From a virus: a stretch of 64,000 bases of DNA. Below, piece after piece: positions 1 to 11,343 of the stretch. The notes beneath the pieces were generated by a model that was given only the letters and a program-made list of their open reading frames with translations, was not told where the DNA came from and searched no databases. Made by a program: the position numbers and the translations under genes. Where the stretch lies: the IMG/VR virus record IMGVR_UViG_3300037423_002564. The stretch is one strand, 5' to 3'. The stretch's first letter is position 1. Each line of letters begins with the position of its first letter.

Positions 1-449
1 GGGCCTGTTCTCGACCACGATGGATCCGTGGGACCCCAAGGACCGCCGCACCGACCCGTGGGACGACGATCTGTTCACCTACATGGGGCTTCAGATCTAC
101 GTCTACCACGACCAGATGGTCGACGAGCAGCGCCGCAAGATCGCCCCGCAGGCCCACTGGGTCGTCCTGCCGACCGAGGCCAAGTCCATGAAGCCGTCCG
201 ATCTCTTGGAGATGCTCGCGGCCTCGTTTGTGGTCATCACCACCTTGGTGGAGGATCTGCCCAATTACGAGACGTTCTGGTGCGAGCAGAACTTCGACAA
301 CGCCCCGTCCTCGCAGGCCCTGGAAGACGCGGTCGGTGACGCCATCGACAAGATCTTCCCCGACCACGAGATGCCGCTCTTGAGCTTCAGCTTGAGCGAC
401 GCCGAGCGCATCGTTCCCGTCCAGCCGGTCGTGATCACGACCTAGAGAG

Positions 450-821
450 GTGAGCCGCATGCGCGTAACCTGGCGCCACATCCTGCGCCTGGCCGAATAC
501 CAGACCATCCGGGGGGAGTTCAAGCCCAGGCCGGACCGCCAGTGCTGCGCCTGCGGCCACAAGTTCCCCTTGGAGGCCGAGGACACGGATGATCACTACT
601 TCGTCGCCTTCGACACGGACGGCGGGCGGCAGTTGGGCGGCGTGTGGTGGTGCCGGCGCTGCTGGCAGACCCCCGGCAAGGTGCCCATCATCGTGCGCGA
701 GGCCCTCGCCACGATCAACGTGGAGCAAGGGGAACTGTTCACGGTCCGCCACTTCGGCGTCCTTCTGGGCGTCTGGAACAACAACTGCGCGCCCATGGAG
801 CAGGCCGTTGAATCCCCTTGA
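450..821 (+). CDS. Small Cys-rich (two CxxC) protein with DGGR variant of DSGR motif; paralog of 1044..1358
   Basis: CCAC...FDTDGGRQLGGVWWCRRC aligns with WADSGRRLGGIMCCQTC. Confidence 0.75.
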   Translation: MSRMRVTWRHILRLAEYQTIRGEFKPRPDRQCCACGHKFPLEAEDTDDHYFVAFDTDGGRQLGGVWWCRRCWQTPGKVPIIVREALATINVEQGELFTVRHFGVLLGVWNNNCAPMEQAVESP

Positions 822-1149
822 TTGCCTGACCTGCGGCTACCGCATCTACGACCACGGCGACGTTCACCGGGACGTCTACACCTACACCTTCTACGCCGAC
901 TCCGGCCGCCAGCTCCGAGAGGGAAGCCGATGCCACACCCACTGGATTCCACCCACCTTCCTGCCGGGCCTGCTCGCCAAGCTCACGCTCAACACCTGGA
1001 ACGGCGAGATCCACCGGATCATCACGGGCTGGGCGCCAGAGCTGTGGAAGCAGGCGCCCGACTCACCTGGCGGGTTCTCCCGACCGCGGAAGAAACGTCG
1101 GAGTGGCACTGCACGTTCTGCTGGAAGGGTCTCAACGGCTACCCGCTAG
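808..1149 (+). CDS. Small CxxC protein with ADSGR motif
   Basis: TTG at 808 with GGAG 7 nt upstream; CLTC; YTFYADSGRQL. Confidence 0.7.
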   Translation: MNPLDCLTCGYRIYDHGDVHRDVYTYTFYADSGRQLREGSRCHTHWIPPTFLPGLLAKLTLNTWNGEIHRIITGWAPELWKQAPDSPGGFSRPRKKRRSGTARSAGRVSTATR

Positions 1150-1358
1150 TAGGCATCGCGGTCTACCAGTGGTGGGCCGACTCTGGACGGCGGCTGGGCG
1201 GCATCATGTGCTGCCAGACCTGCCAGCGCAACGGCGAGATGCCGGACTTCATCCACGTCAACCACGACCATCCCGGTCTCAAGCAGTTCTACGGCACCCA
1301 GGACGAGATCGAGCCCGTGCTCGGCATCGTCGCGTGGGGCCACCCCAGCCTCGCATAG
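1044..1358 (+). CDS. Small Cys-rich protein with ADSGR motif (start uncertain)
   Basis: CTFC...YQWWADSGRRLGGIMCCQTC. Confidence 0.7.
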   Translation: MEAGARLTWRVLPTAEETSEWHCTFCWKGLNGYPLVGIAVYQWWADSGRRLGGIMCCQTCQRNGEMPDFIHVNHDHPGLKQFYGTQDEIEPVLGIVAWGHPSLA

Positions 1359-3088
1359 AAAGGGACCACCCTATGACCACCGAATCCTACGACCCCGCGG
1401 CGTACTTCGCCGGCGCGCCCGCCAGCAAGATGGTCGACTACCACGGCCGCGGCATGGACCTCTCCTGGCCGCCCGGCCTCGACCCGAAGCGGGTGCAGCC
1501 GGGTCTCTACCGCCGGCACGGCCGCATCAACCCGGGCCACACCTTCCGCGTCTACGGCCTGGTCTACAACATGACCACGCCGCACGGCATGGGCGGGGAC
1601 GCCTGGGGCATGGGCGCCAACCAGAGCGCGCCCAAGATCCTGGTCGAGGCCCTAAAACCGCGGCCGGACGACGAGCCGCAGTGGCAGATGTACGAGATCC
1701 CCCACTTCACCCAGGAGTTCCTCAAGGCCGACGCCAAGAGCGTCTCCGACCCCGGCATCCACTTCTTCGAGCGCATCGGAGACTAGCCCCATGAACCTCG
1801 CGGAGTTCAACGAGCGCTGGCTGCGGGACCCGGACTTCCCCCAGGCCGTTCAGCATATGAGCATGCCAGACCTGGCGCGTCTGGTGGATGAAGCATCGGC
1901 GGCGTTCAAGGGGCCCGACCCGTTGCGCGGTATGATGCCGCGGGAGTTGCTGTTCTACACATACATGCGGCGGCTGGAAGCGTGGCTGCTGGCCTTCGAG
2001 CCGCCCAAGGCCAACGGAAAGAAGAGGAAGGACGCCTGATGGGCAAGCTATCACCGGAAGATCGCGATCGCATCGCCGAGCTGGAGGCCAAGGCCAAGGG
2101 CCAGGACGAGGTGGCGGAAGCCTACCGGCGCAAGGGCGACGACTACAACGCGGCCGACTCCGAGAAGGACGCGCGGAACCTGCGCGCGCACGCGGACTTC
2201 ATCCGCAACGGCGGCCAGCCGCCGGCCGAGGACGACTTCGGCGAGTACAGCGACCTGCTGCGTGGCGGCAAGACGCCATGAAGACCACCATCTGCTTCGG
2301 CTGCGCGCGCGTGGGCGAGCCCGCCACCCGCACCAAGATCGTGGGCCTGGCCTCGCCGCAGGAGACGCAGGAGCGCTACTGCCCCGCCTGCGGCCGGGAC
2401 AACGACCTGGTGGACCTCGACCCGGAGAAGGACCCGCTCTCCTACGCCCAGGACGTGGTGAGGGACTTCGCCACCGCCGTCGGCATCGGCGACCACTGGA
2501 CCGGCCCCAACTTCCCCTCCGCCCAGGTCAAACACGACGTCGAGCAGGCCATCCTGCGGCTGTACGGCCTGGCCCCTACCGAAGGAGATTCCCCGCATGG
2601 ATAAGGTGAACCGGGCGTTCTACGTGGGTAACAGCTACTGGAACGCCTCGCTGCAACAGTTCTGCGGCACCAACACCGAGTTCTCCATCACCTACGCCGG
2701 CCGCGACGTGCGTGCGGGCATCGGCGAGGTGGTCGTCATCGCCCCGGCCAAGGACAACCCGGCGGCCCCCGCGATCTTCGTCTTGGACAGCGGGACGGAC
2801 GAGACCGTCAGCTTCACGCGCATCCGATGAGGATCCACAACCCGAAGACCGGCCAGTGGGTGGAGACCCGCTGCACCGGATGCCCGTGCCACTGGCACAG
2901 CGCCATCGTGATGGGCGACGGCCTGGACGACGGTTGCTGCCGTGAGTGCGGCTGCCCCCGCAGCGAAGCCGGCTGGGCCTACTACGTCAAGGAGCACCCC
3001 GACCGCGTCCGCGGCCACGAGCCGGAGCTAGGTGGCGACACGCCCCGGCCCGGCGACGCCCCGGCGCTTGAATAGAAAGCGAGACCCC

Positions 3089-3337
3089 ATGAGCGACAGC
3101 GAGACCATCGTAGCGCTCGCGCGAGCCAAGCCTTGTCCGTTCTGCAACTCGGTCCTCTTGCGGATCGAGTACGAGTCCATGTCCCTGCGTGTCTGCTGCC
3201 AGACCTGCTATGCCAAGGGTCCCACCGCCAAGAGCGGCGACCCGCATCGGCTGCATCACGACGGCCGCGAGTACAAGCCTGCCGTCGACGCCTGGAACCA
3301 GCGGCGCCGCAAGTACAAGAACAGCAAGCTGGCCTGA
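3089..3337 (+). CDS. Lar-like restriction alleviation zinc-ribbon protein
   Basis: KPCPFC...CQTCYAKGP...AVDAWNQR matches the Lar family pattern. Confidence 0.7.
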   Translation: MSDSETIVALARAKPCPFCNSVLLRIEYESMSLRVCCQTCYAKGPTAKSGDPHRLHHDGREYKPAVDAWNQRRRKYKNSKLA

Positions 3338-3369
3338 TAACACCAGTTCTCTGGAAAGGAGGTTAAGCC

Positions 3370-4539
3370 TTGAGCATGGAGATACCGTCCACCCATTTCA
3401 ATGGGCGGAGCCTGCACGAGCATGCCGAAAAGCACTGGATGCGAACCACGCCAGAGGTGGTCTTGGAATACATCAAGACCCAATATCCCGTGATGCCCAA
3501 CAAGGACATCTCAAAGGAGATTGAAAAAAGGTTTGGTCAAGTCATTCCAGAGCACGAAATTATGCGCGCTGGCAACAAGTTTGGGTTCACGAAGAAGAAC
3601 AGGGGGCGCAAGCCTTCCGCCACCAAGCTGGAGTGGCCCGCGGAGGTCGACAACCTGCTGCGCAACTGGGCCGCGCAGGGGATCCCCCTGCGCGAGCAGC
3701 CGGCGCTCATGGATGCGCTCTTCCCGGGTCGCTACAACTACTACAACATCAACCAGCGGCGTAGCCTCTTGGGTCTCACCAGACGGTCCCCATGGGAGGG
3801 GCGCCCCACCGAGATCCTTGAGGACCGCTATGGCGTGTGGAGCACCCCGGCCATCGTGCGCGCCATTGAGCGCGAAACGGGCCAGAAGTTCACGCCGAAG
3901 GCCGCCCACGAGCGCGCCCTCAACCTGGGTCTAACCGCCAGCGACGCGCGCGGATGGTTCAACCTGAACGCCGCGTCGGTCGAGGTCCAGACCGACGTGC
4001 TCACCTTGGAGAGGTGCTGCAAGAAGCTCGGGGTTCCACTTCGCGGGCGCGGCACGTATCGATTCATCGACGAGCGCGGGATGGCGACGTTGCGCGGCGT
4101 CTTCCCCGACCTAGGGGAACCCGTGTTGACGGTGGACACGGCGGCGAAGGCACTGAGATGCACCGGGAAGGCGGTTCGCGCGCTAATCCTTGGTGGGCAC
4201 CTTTCGGCCAGACGCTGGGGTCTCCACAACCAATGGCTGATCCCAGAGCGAGAGATTGCGCGCTACAAGAGCAAGCCAGGCTGGTTTCGTGACGATGTCC
4301 GCTGGACCATTTTCGGGCATCTACTTGACCATCATCTGTTCGCGGCGCGATCGCTAATGCCTGTGATCGACCGCCGGGATGGCGTAAGCCTGGTTCCGTC
4401 TCCGACGTGGGAGAAGACCCGCTACCGCAAGGGCGATCCAATAGGTCGAGTTATTGGGTTTTCAGCAGGCGTGCTTCATCTTGAGTCGCTGTACGGCCCG
4501 GTCGTGGTTTCCCTGGACGATACACAGCCAGAAAGTTAG
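3370..4539 (+). CDS. Multi-HTH DNA-binding protein with excisionase/MerR-like HTH; paralog of 56338..57162
   Basis: LTVDTAAKALRCTGKAVRALILGGHLSARRWG...WLIPEREIARY; lower GC at both ends. Confidence 0.7.
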   Translation: MSMEIPSTHFNGRSLHEHAEKHWMRTTPEVVLEYIKTQYPVMPNKDISKEIEKRFGQVIPEHEIMRAGNKFGFTKKNRGRKPSATKLEWPAEVDNLLRNWAAQGIPLREQPALMDALFPGRYNYYNINQRRSLLGLTRRSPWEGRPTEILEDRYGVWSTPAIVRAIERETGQKFTPKAAHERALNLGLTASDARGWFNLNAASVEVQTDVLTLERCCKKLGVPLRGRGTYRFIDERGMATLRGVFPDLGEPVLTVDTAAKALRCTGKAVRALILGGHLSARRWGLHNQWLIPEREIARYKSKPGWFRDDVRWTIFGHLLDHHLFAARSLMPVIDRRDGVSLVPSPTWEKTRYRKGDPIGRVIGFSAGVLHLESLYGPVVVSLDDTQPES

Positions 4540-4546
4540 GCATCTC

Positions 4547-4717
4547 ATGTCAGAATGGTACGTGCTTATGACGGACAGCGGGAGGCCAGTTAGAGATATT
4601 CTGGCATTCTCTGTAATAAATGCGCTTCGCCAGGTTCCAGGCTACATGGTGGCAGAAAGAATGTTTCCGCTTAGGAGTAATATACCAATTGGGGATTATG
4701 AAGATGACGACGAATAG
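4547..4717 (+). CDS. 56-aa low-GC protein with TDSGR motif
   Basis: MSEWYVLMTDSGRPVRD; acidic tail. Confidence 0.6.
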   Translation: MSEWYVLMTDSGRPVRDILAFSVINALRQVPGYMVAERMFPLRSNIPIGDYEDDDE

Positions 4718-5090
4718 ATGTCAAAGAATCCCAACCGGCGAGAAGTGGGAGTTGGAGCGCACCAACCAGTGCAAAAACTGCCCGTGGAAGGTGAACTCCA
4801 ACCCGTTCGAGATTCCAGGCTACGACCCCGTGATGCACGCCGGCCTGGCCGACACGATCGCAGACCCGGACAACGTCGACCTGATGGCCCTCACGAAGCC
4901 CTTGCGCGCCATGAGTTGCCACGACGAGGAGGAAGCCTACTGCGTGGGCTGGCTCTACAACCAGCTCAACCAGGGCAACAACGTGGCCCTGCGCGTGCGC
5001 ATGTCGCACTGCACCAACGCCAGCAAGCTCCGGGTCTTCGGCGAGCAGCATGAGACCTTCGAGGACACCATCCCCACGCGGAAGGAGTGA
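4704..5090 (+). CDS. DUF6283-like Cys-rich protein
   Basis: CKNCPWK...MSCH...CVGWL..Q...GNNVALR. Confidence 0.65.
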   Translation: MTTNRCQRIPTGEKWELERTNQCKNCPWKVNSNPFEIPGYDPVMHAGLADTIADPDNVDLMALTKPLRAMSCHDEEEAYCVGWLYNQLNQGNNVALRVRMSHCTNASKLRVFGEQHETFEDTIPTRKE

Positions 5091-5867
5091 ACGCGCCATG
5101 CGAGCGTACAAGACCAACATCAAGCAGTTCGAGGTCGTCGGCTTCCACGACCTCCCCAAGGTGGGCCAGGCCGTCCCCGTCCTGGTCGAGCGCTCGGACT
5201 ACAAGGGCCACCAGGGCCAGGAGCAGTTCGAGCAGTACGGCCACGTTTTCCGCGTCGTCGCCGTGGATGCCGATGCCATGACGGTCGAGCTGGAGCAGAT
5301 GGAGACCAACCCGCTGATGAAGATGCAGCGCCCGCTGGTCCACGGCGAGCAGCGCAGCGCTTGGGGCAAGACCGAGTTCAACGTGCTGGAGCAGCGCCAG
5401 AAGGCGACCAGCACGGAGGAGCACTCTTGAGGCCCGAGGACGACGAGCCCACGGAGGCAGAGATCGAGGAGATCCTGCGCGAGGGGCGCGAGAACCCGCT
5501 GCCCCTCGACGATGCCAAGCGCCTGCTGCGCAAGGTGGGCGAGCATCTGGGCATCCCGCCGGAGGAGGCCGACCGCATCGCCGAAGAGCGCGAGCGTCTG
5601 GACCGCGGACATGACCAGTGATCAAGGGCTTATTTTATATATCGCCCGTCGCTCCGCCGACAAGAGCGGAGCCCCAACATTAAACGCCAAGGAACTTAAG
5701 TGGATTCTCGGCATCATTCTCGACCGACCAATTACTGACGAATGGCTGAAAGAGACAATGTCTGGAATGCTTAATGAGTTAAGACAGTAATTCAGAGAAC
5801 CATTCTTACCAGGAATTTCCCGCGAGCGGAGCCAGAAACCCGCATCGTTACGTGGAGGTAAACCACC

Positions 5868-6242
5868 TTGGAAAACATCACCATCAAGACCGTGGTCTTC
5901 CAACGCCCCGAGCGGGACGGCGGCACCACGGCGATCGCCCACTTCCACATGGTCGACGACACCCGCCCGCCCCTCGCGCGCCTCAAGGAGGCGCTGACGA
6001 AGTGGGTGGCGTTCACCAGCGCCGGGCGGGACGCCTGGAAGTCCAGCAGCGAGGACTTCAACATCGGCGACCTCCGCGATTGGTACGGCGACTCGATGCT
6101 GCACTACCTCAACGAGGAGGGCATCACGAGCATCGTGTTCGAGGCCGTGCGCGACAACAACGAAGTGGTCGCCTACGACGAGCGTCTGGTGAACGACGAC
6201 GAGATCGACTTCAACGAGCCCGTCGGCATGGAGCAGGGGTAG
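5868..6242 (+). CDS. Hypothetical phage protein
   Basis: GGAGG SD, TTG start, typical codon bias; SSEDFNIGDL motif. Confidence 0.65.
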   Translation: MENITIKTVVFQRPERDGGTTAIAHFHMVDDTRPPLARLKEALTKWVAFTSAGRDAWKSSSEDFNIGDLRDWYGDSMLHYLNEEGITSIVFEAVRDNNEVVAYDERLVNDDEIDFNEPVGMEQG

Positions 6243-6482
6243 ATGGGGAAGACCGCCAAGGATCAGATGGAGGCCAACAAGGCGTTCGTCCGCAAGCACT
6301 TCCCCCTGGCCCGCTCCGTGGTCCAACACAACGGCGACTACGCTACCTACGAGATCCTCAACATGGGGACCACGGGCAGCAGCGCCAACAGCACCACCGA
6401 CGAAGCGACGGCCTGGTACTACGCGGCGCAGGCCGTGCAGCGGAAGCTCGACCGCGAGGCCAAGCTGAAAGAGGGCAGGTAG
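6243..6482 (+). CDS. Small protein, FVxxx[FY]PxA...ExxAWxxAA paralog family
   Basis: KAFVRKHFPLA...DEATAWYYAA. Confidence 0.65.
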   Translation: MGKTAKDQMEANKAFVRKHFPLARSVVQHNGDYATYEILNMGTTGSSANSTTDEATAWYYAAQAVQRKLDREAKLKEGR

Positions 6483-6869
6483 ATGGCTTCAACCCTCACT
6501 GTCACGCCGGCGATGATAGATGCCCAGAGGGAGGACATCGCATGCCTCGAAAGGCAGCTCGCTCGGGCCAAACAAGAACTCCGCGACATGCAGGAGGCAT
6601 GCCGCAAAGGCGAACCCCTCCCCATCTAGGAACGCAGGAGGTACACAGGGTGACATTCAAGCGCTACGGAGGCTGCCCCCACTGCAACATGGGCCTTGAA
6701 GGTCGCAGCAAGTGGTGCAAGCACTGCCGGAAGTCGGTGAAGCCTACCCTGGCAACGCCAGCGTGGGACAGCCCGAACGACCATGCCGACGCACCCTACG
6801 ATGTGCGAGAGCAGTTCTCGTGGTGGTTCTGGCTGACGGCCAGGTTGCGTTTCCGCAGGTAGGAGCATC

Positions 6870-7088
6870 ATGTCGAAGAAAACCAAGAAGAGCGAGGGCG
6901 ACAAGGAGTTCGTGCTGGCGCGCTTCCCGGGCGCCAAGGCCGCGCGCCGGAAAGTGTACGCCGGCACCAAGACCTACGGCTGGGTCATCGAGGGGGTCGG
7001 CGGCCTGCCGATCGCCCCACAGCAGCGCGGCGAGGATGCCGCCTGGGCCGAAGCGGCCAAGGCCATCCGCAACTACAGGGAGCAGTAG
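6870..7088 (+). CDS. Small protein, FVxxx[FY]PxA...ExxAWxxAA paralog family
   Basis: KEFVLARFPGA...GEDAAWAEAA; AGGAG SD. Confidence 0.7.
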   Translation: MSKKTKKSEGDKEFVLARFPGAKAARRKVYAGTKTYGWVIEGVGGLPIAPQQRGEDAAWAEAAKAIRNYREQ

Positions 7089-9586
7089 CCATGTGGCATC
7101 TCATCACCGTCGACGGCTACGTCGAGGGACCCTACAAGGGCAAGGGCGGCGTGGTGGCCGCCAAGGACGAGGCGATGAACCTCGCTCTGGATCCGCGCCG
7201 CCGCGAGTCGGCGTTCAAGACCCTGCGGGAGGGCGAGTACGAGCATACGGTCTACCGCGGCTACGAGGGCAACCGCTGGCCCTGCTTCTACGTCGTGAGC
7301 AGCGACCGCCTGAAGGAATGGCCGGCGGCCTGGGCCCAGTACCAGGAGCGCATGAAGGGCCCGCCGCTGCCGACCTATGGCCTGGTCAACAAGGACGGCC
7401 TGGACGTGCTCCAGGTGGGCGGCCTGCTGCCGAACGAGCCCGGTCAGCACGACGTCACCAACTGGCACGCCCTGGTGGACGCCGCCGGCATCCGCGCCTA
7501 CTTCGGCGAGCCGGAGCTGGCCCGCTTCGTGAGCCATGTGCTCGATCCGGGCCTGTGGGGCGCGCTCACGGACGACGACCGCCGGCTCTTGCAGGCGGCG
7601 CTTGACGGCTCCAAGTAAGATCATGATGGAGAAGGAGACCGGCATGGCCGACCAAGACGTTCAGGGCAACCCCTTCGAGGCCATGTTCAAGGCCGCCAAG
7701 GAAGACGGCGGGCGCACGCCGGTGAAGGAGCTGGCGCAGCGCTTTGACGTCACGCCGATGTACTTCGTCACGCAGGTCGGGCGCTACGCCCGCTCGCAGG
7801 GCCAGTCCATCCCCATGATGGACTGGAAGACGGAGTTCATCGCCCCGGACGACCGCCAGCCCGAGCAGTGCTTCCGCCGCGGCTACTGTCACGGCTACCA
7901 GCAGGCCGTCGAGGACTTCGAGGCCCTGCTGGCCCAGGCGTACCCCTACCGCGAGGCCAAGGTCGCGCGCATCGTCAGCACCCTGGGAACCTTCCTGTAC
8001 GAGCGCCTGACGCAGTTCTGGCGCTACCACAAGACCCAGGAGTTCCCGGTGCCGGTGCCGCATCTGCTGGACGAGGCCAACCGGCCGCTGCGCAAGCAGG
8101 AGACCACCTGGTGGAAGCGGTGACGCACTTCACGGACGAGCGCGAAGCCTTTGACGCTGGCTTCGCCTTCGCGTTTGACTGCCTCCAGAAGCTGATGGGC
8201 TTCGAGGGGCCGGAGGGGGTTCTGGCGCTCTTCGATCAGCCGTCCCCCGCCGATAGCCTTGCGCCGGCACTTGCCCGGCACGAGAAAGGATCACCCCATG
8301 CAACTTAAGCCAGGCGACACCTTCACCGCGGACAACGTGCAGCTCCGCATCGTGGAAGGCCCCGACGGCACGCAGAACCTGGAGCTGGACGACACGTCCG
8401 ACGCCGACTTCTACATCCTTGACGAGGACGTGAGCCCCGACAAGCGCTACGTCAACTGGGACTCCAGCACGCGCTCCTACGAGGTCGACGACCCGGAAGA
8501 GGACGAGGACGACGATGGGGCTGAATAACCGGGAAACCCGCGAAGAAGCCCGAGAAGAGTTCATCGCCACCGGACACACGGAGTACAAGCACTTCTCCAT
8601 CGCCAAGGGCTTCCGCGAGGGCGAGGTGATGATGTTCGGGGTGCATCTGGGCACCTACGAGAACATCGACAAGGCCCTGGACACGCTCGACGCCTACGAG
8701 CCGCCGCTCAAGATGTCGATGTCGGACTGGGGCCTGATCAACAGCCATGGGTGAGCCGTGATCCGCGCGCCCGTCGAGATCCACTGCGACTCCTGCACCG
8801 ACTGGATCCACGGCTACACCGACATCCCGAAGAAGGCCCTGGAGGAAGCGAAGCGCCAGGGCTGGATTCGGCGCAGGGACCCCGACACCAAGAAGATGCA
8901 GGACGTCTGTCCGAAATGCCAAAAAGGCAGGAGTAAAGCCAAAGATGGACCTCATCATCAAGATGAACCTAGATAACGCCGCCTTCTCGGATGGCAACTC
9001 CGAGCACGAGCAGGCCCGCATCCTGCGCAAGCTCGCGGACGACATCGAGAAGTTCAAGGACCCCAGCGCCCTCTGGGACCTGAACGGCAACCGCGTGGGC
9101 ACCGTCGAGTACATCAAGTAGGAGCAGCATGAAGAAGAGCTTTGAGATCACCGTTACCATCGAGCTGGAGACCGTCGGCGAGGGCGGCCTGGCCGAGCAC
9201 GAGGGCGGCAAGACCCGCGAGCCCTCGAAGGACGACGCCATCGCGTTCGTCGGCCGCGCCGTGGAGTACTACGCCGGCCGCGGCATCGAGGACGACCAGA
9301 ACGCCCCGACGCGCCTGAACGACGTGCTGGCGCGGGACTGGAAGACCCGCTAATGAAGCAGGTCACGCTCCCCGACTTCCTCACCCAGCGGCAGATCGAC
9401 CACGCGCTCCAGCTCTACAGCGGCAACCAGGGAACGGAGCGCCACAAGGCGATCCGCGACCAGGTGATCGCTCCGGCGATGGAGGAGATCAACCGCAAGC
9501 TGGGCCAGGAGAACGACCCGGACTACCTCACCTACATGGTGGAGTACGTCTTCGGGGCTGCCAGCAAGTAGCGGGGTAAGATCACC

Positions 9587-9638
9587 AAGGACGTATATCG
9601 CGGGCTCGCTTGTTGGCGACCCGCGTTATCACGACCTT
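9587..9638 (+). promoter_or_regulatory. Long imperfect hairpin in a 220-nt intergenic region upstream of the operon carrying eight DSGR genes
   Basis: AAGG..CGT..CGCGGG-CTCGC / GCGA-CCCGCG..ACG..CCTT complementary arms; TAAGAT at 9577. Confidence 0.45.
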
Positions 9639-10288
9639 TCTCGGCGGCGGCGCCAAGATCGCCATGTTATCTGGAGCCGAAAATTCGGGCCGATCCCGAA
9701 GAACCGCTCCAAACCCGGAAAGCTAGTAAATTAGCCATATAAGGCTGGTTATCCCGACAATTCGATTTATGTCCAGCAGGAGGATTTACAGATGGGCGGA
9801 CCATCCGCGGACACCCGCAGCGACATCTACCGCGTGGACCGGCAGAAGGTTATCTTGCTCTTCCTCGCCGGCCAGGCGCTGACAGAGCGGCCACGCACCC
9901 GGTACGAGTTGAGCCACGACGTCATCCGTGACGGCGACGAGCTGCGGCTCGTGATGTATGGCGAGCACGTCGTCGCCACCCGCAACTTGAGCACGGGCGC
10001 CATCACCATCGACCACTGCGGCTGGCGCACCAAGGAGAGCCAGAAGGTGATCGAGCCCATCCTCGTCCACTTCTTCGGCTACGTGCTCACGCTCTTGGTC
10101 AAGGGCCGCGGCCGTGGGAGAAACCGCGACCGCGAGCCGGTCTGGCGCATCGTCGGACCGACGGTCGATGTGTCGATCGAGTTCGACAACGCCGTGACGT
10201 TCACGCCGGTGGCGCCTTCGGTCTGGGACGTCTCGTCCGAGTTCTCCAGCGAGTTCCGGCGCTTCAACCTGGCCGCGCGGGCGTCGGC

Positions 10289-10675
10289 ATGAGCTGGGAG
10301 ATCGTCCAGGAGCGCAACGGCACCGTCGACCTGAAGCGCATCCTCTACGACCGGCTCTCGGGCGAGGACACGGTCCACGCCACGGCCTGGATGGTTGGCA
10401 AGCTGGAGCTGCGCGGCCTGGCCGCCTACGCCTGCATGTTCGAGCACAAGTACTTCGACTCCGAGCGTCACAGCCAGGAGGGCGTGGGCGTGGTCATCAT
10501 GATCGAGCCCCAGCCCCAAGAGGGCCGCTTCCACATCAAGGTGATGGACGAGCGGGAGGGGCCCCTGGCCTACGACTGCCCGAAGGAGGTGCTGGACCTG
10601 CTGACCCCCACTGACGACCCGAAGGCGCTGGCCTGGCGTGCCCGCTGCAAGGAGCGTCTGGGATGCGCTACCTAA
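10289..10675 (+). CDS. DUF6927-like protein
   Basis: KVMDEREGPLAYDCPKEVLDLLTPTD...AWRARC. Confidence 0.7.
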   Translation: MSWEIVQERNGTVDLKRILYDRLSGEDTVHATAWMVGKLELRGLAAYACMFEHKYFDSERHSQEGVGVVIMIEPQPQEGRFHIKVMDEREGPLAYDCPKEVLDLLTPTDDPKALAWRARCKERLGCAT

Positions 10676-11343
10676 TCAAGGACCTGGCGGACCTGCTCGC
10701 GCTGGGCTTCATCGTGGAGCGCGACCCCGACGACACCTACGGCGCGGCCTATCCGCACGCCCAGCACTGGTGGGACATCGAGCGCAATCCGCGGGACGAA
10801 GGCGTGTTCGTCGACGTCCGCCTGGCCGACTCGCCCATCGAGTTCGGCGTCGCCATCGAGCCCTGCCGCAGCATGTGGGCCGACCGCATGCGCGACTCCG
10901 GCAAGGGGCTCCAGCACGTCTCCTGCTACCGCGTGGAGGAGCGCCGGCAGTTCGTGGGCGCGTTGCCCGAGACTTGGAGCGGCTTCAAGATCGAAGAGGC
11001 CAAGAACGGCGGCGTGGACATGTTCTGGACCCGGCCTACCGTCAACACGGACGGCCTGCTGACCATGCTCAAGTTCCGCCGGTGCTGGTCGTTCACGGAG
11101 ATGAAGGTCTACCTGCCCAACGAGACCGGCGATGCCTGGCTCGTGCGCACCCACCACGCCGACGGCACGCTGGACTACCGCTTCTGGGACCTGCGGGCGA
11201 TCGCCAACCGCATCGTCGACTTCATGGAGGACCCCTTGGCGTGGGTGCAGATCGACCACCCGGATTCCCCCGATAAGTTCGCAAAGGAGGTGGCGCATGC
11301 CCGAGATATTGGCGCCTTCAGCAAGATTCCAAGCCGACCTTGA
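10663..11343 (+). CDS. Hypothetical protein with RDSGK motif variant
   Basis: Coupled ORF, typical codon bias; MRDSGKGL. Confidence 0.7.
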   Translation: MRYLIKDLADLLALGFIVERDPDDTYGAAYPHAQHWWDIERNPRDEGVFVDVRLADSPIEFGVAIEPCRSMWADRMRDSGKGLQHVSCYRVEERRQFVGALPETWSGFKIEEAKNGGVDMFWTRPTVNTDGLLTMLKFRRCWSFTEMKVYLPNETGDAWLVRTHHADGTLDYRFWDLRAIANRIVDFMEDPLAWVQIDHPDSPDKFAKEVAHARDIGAFSKIPSRP

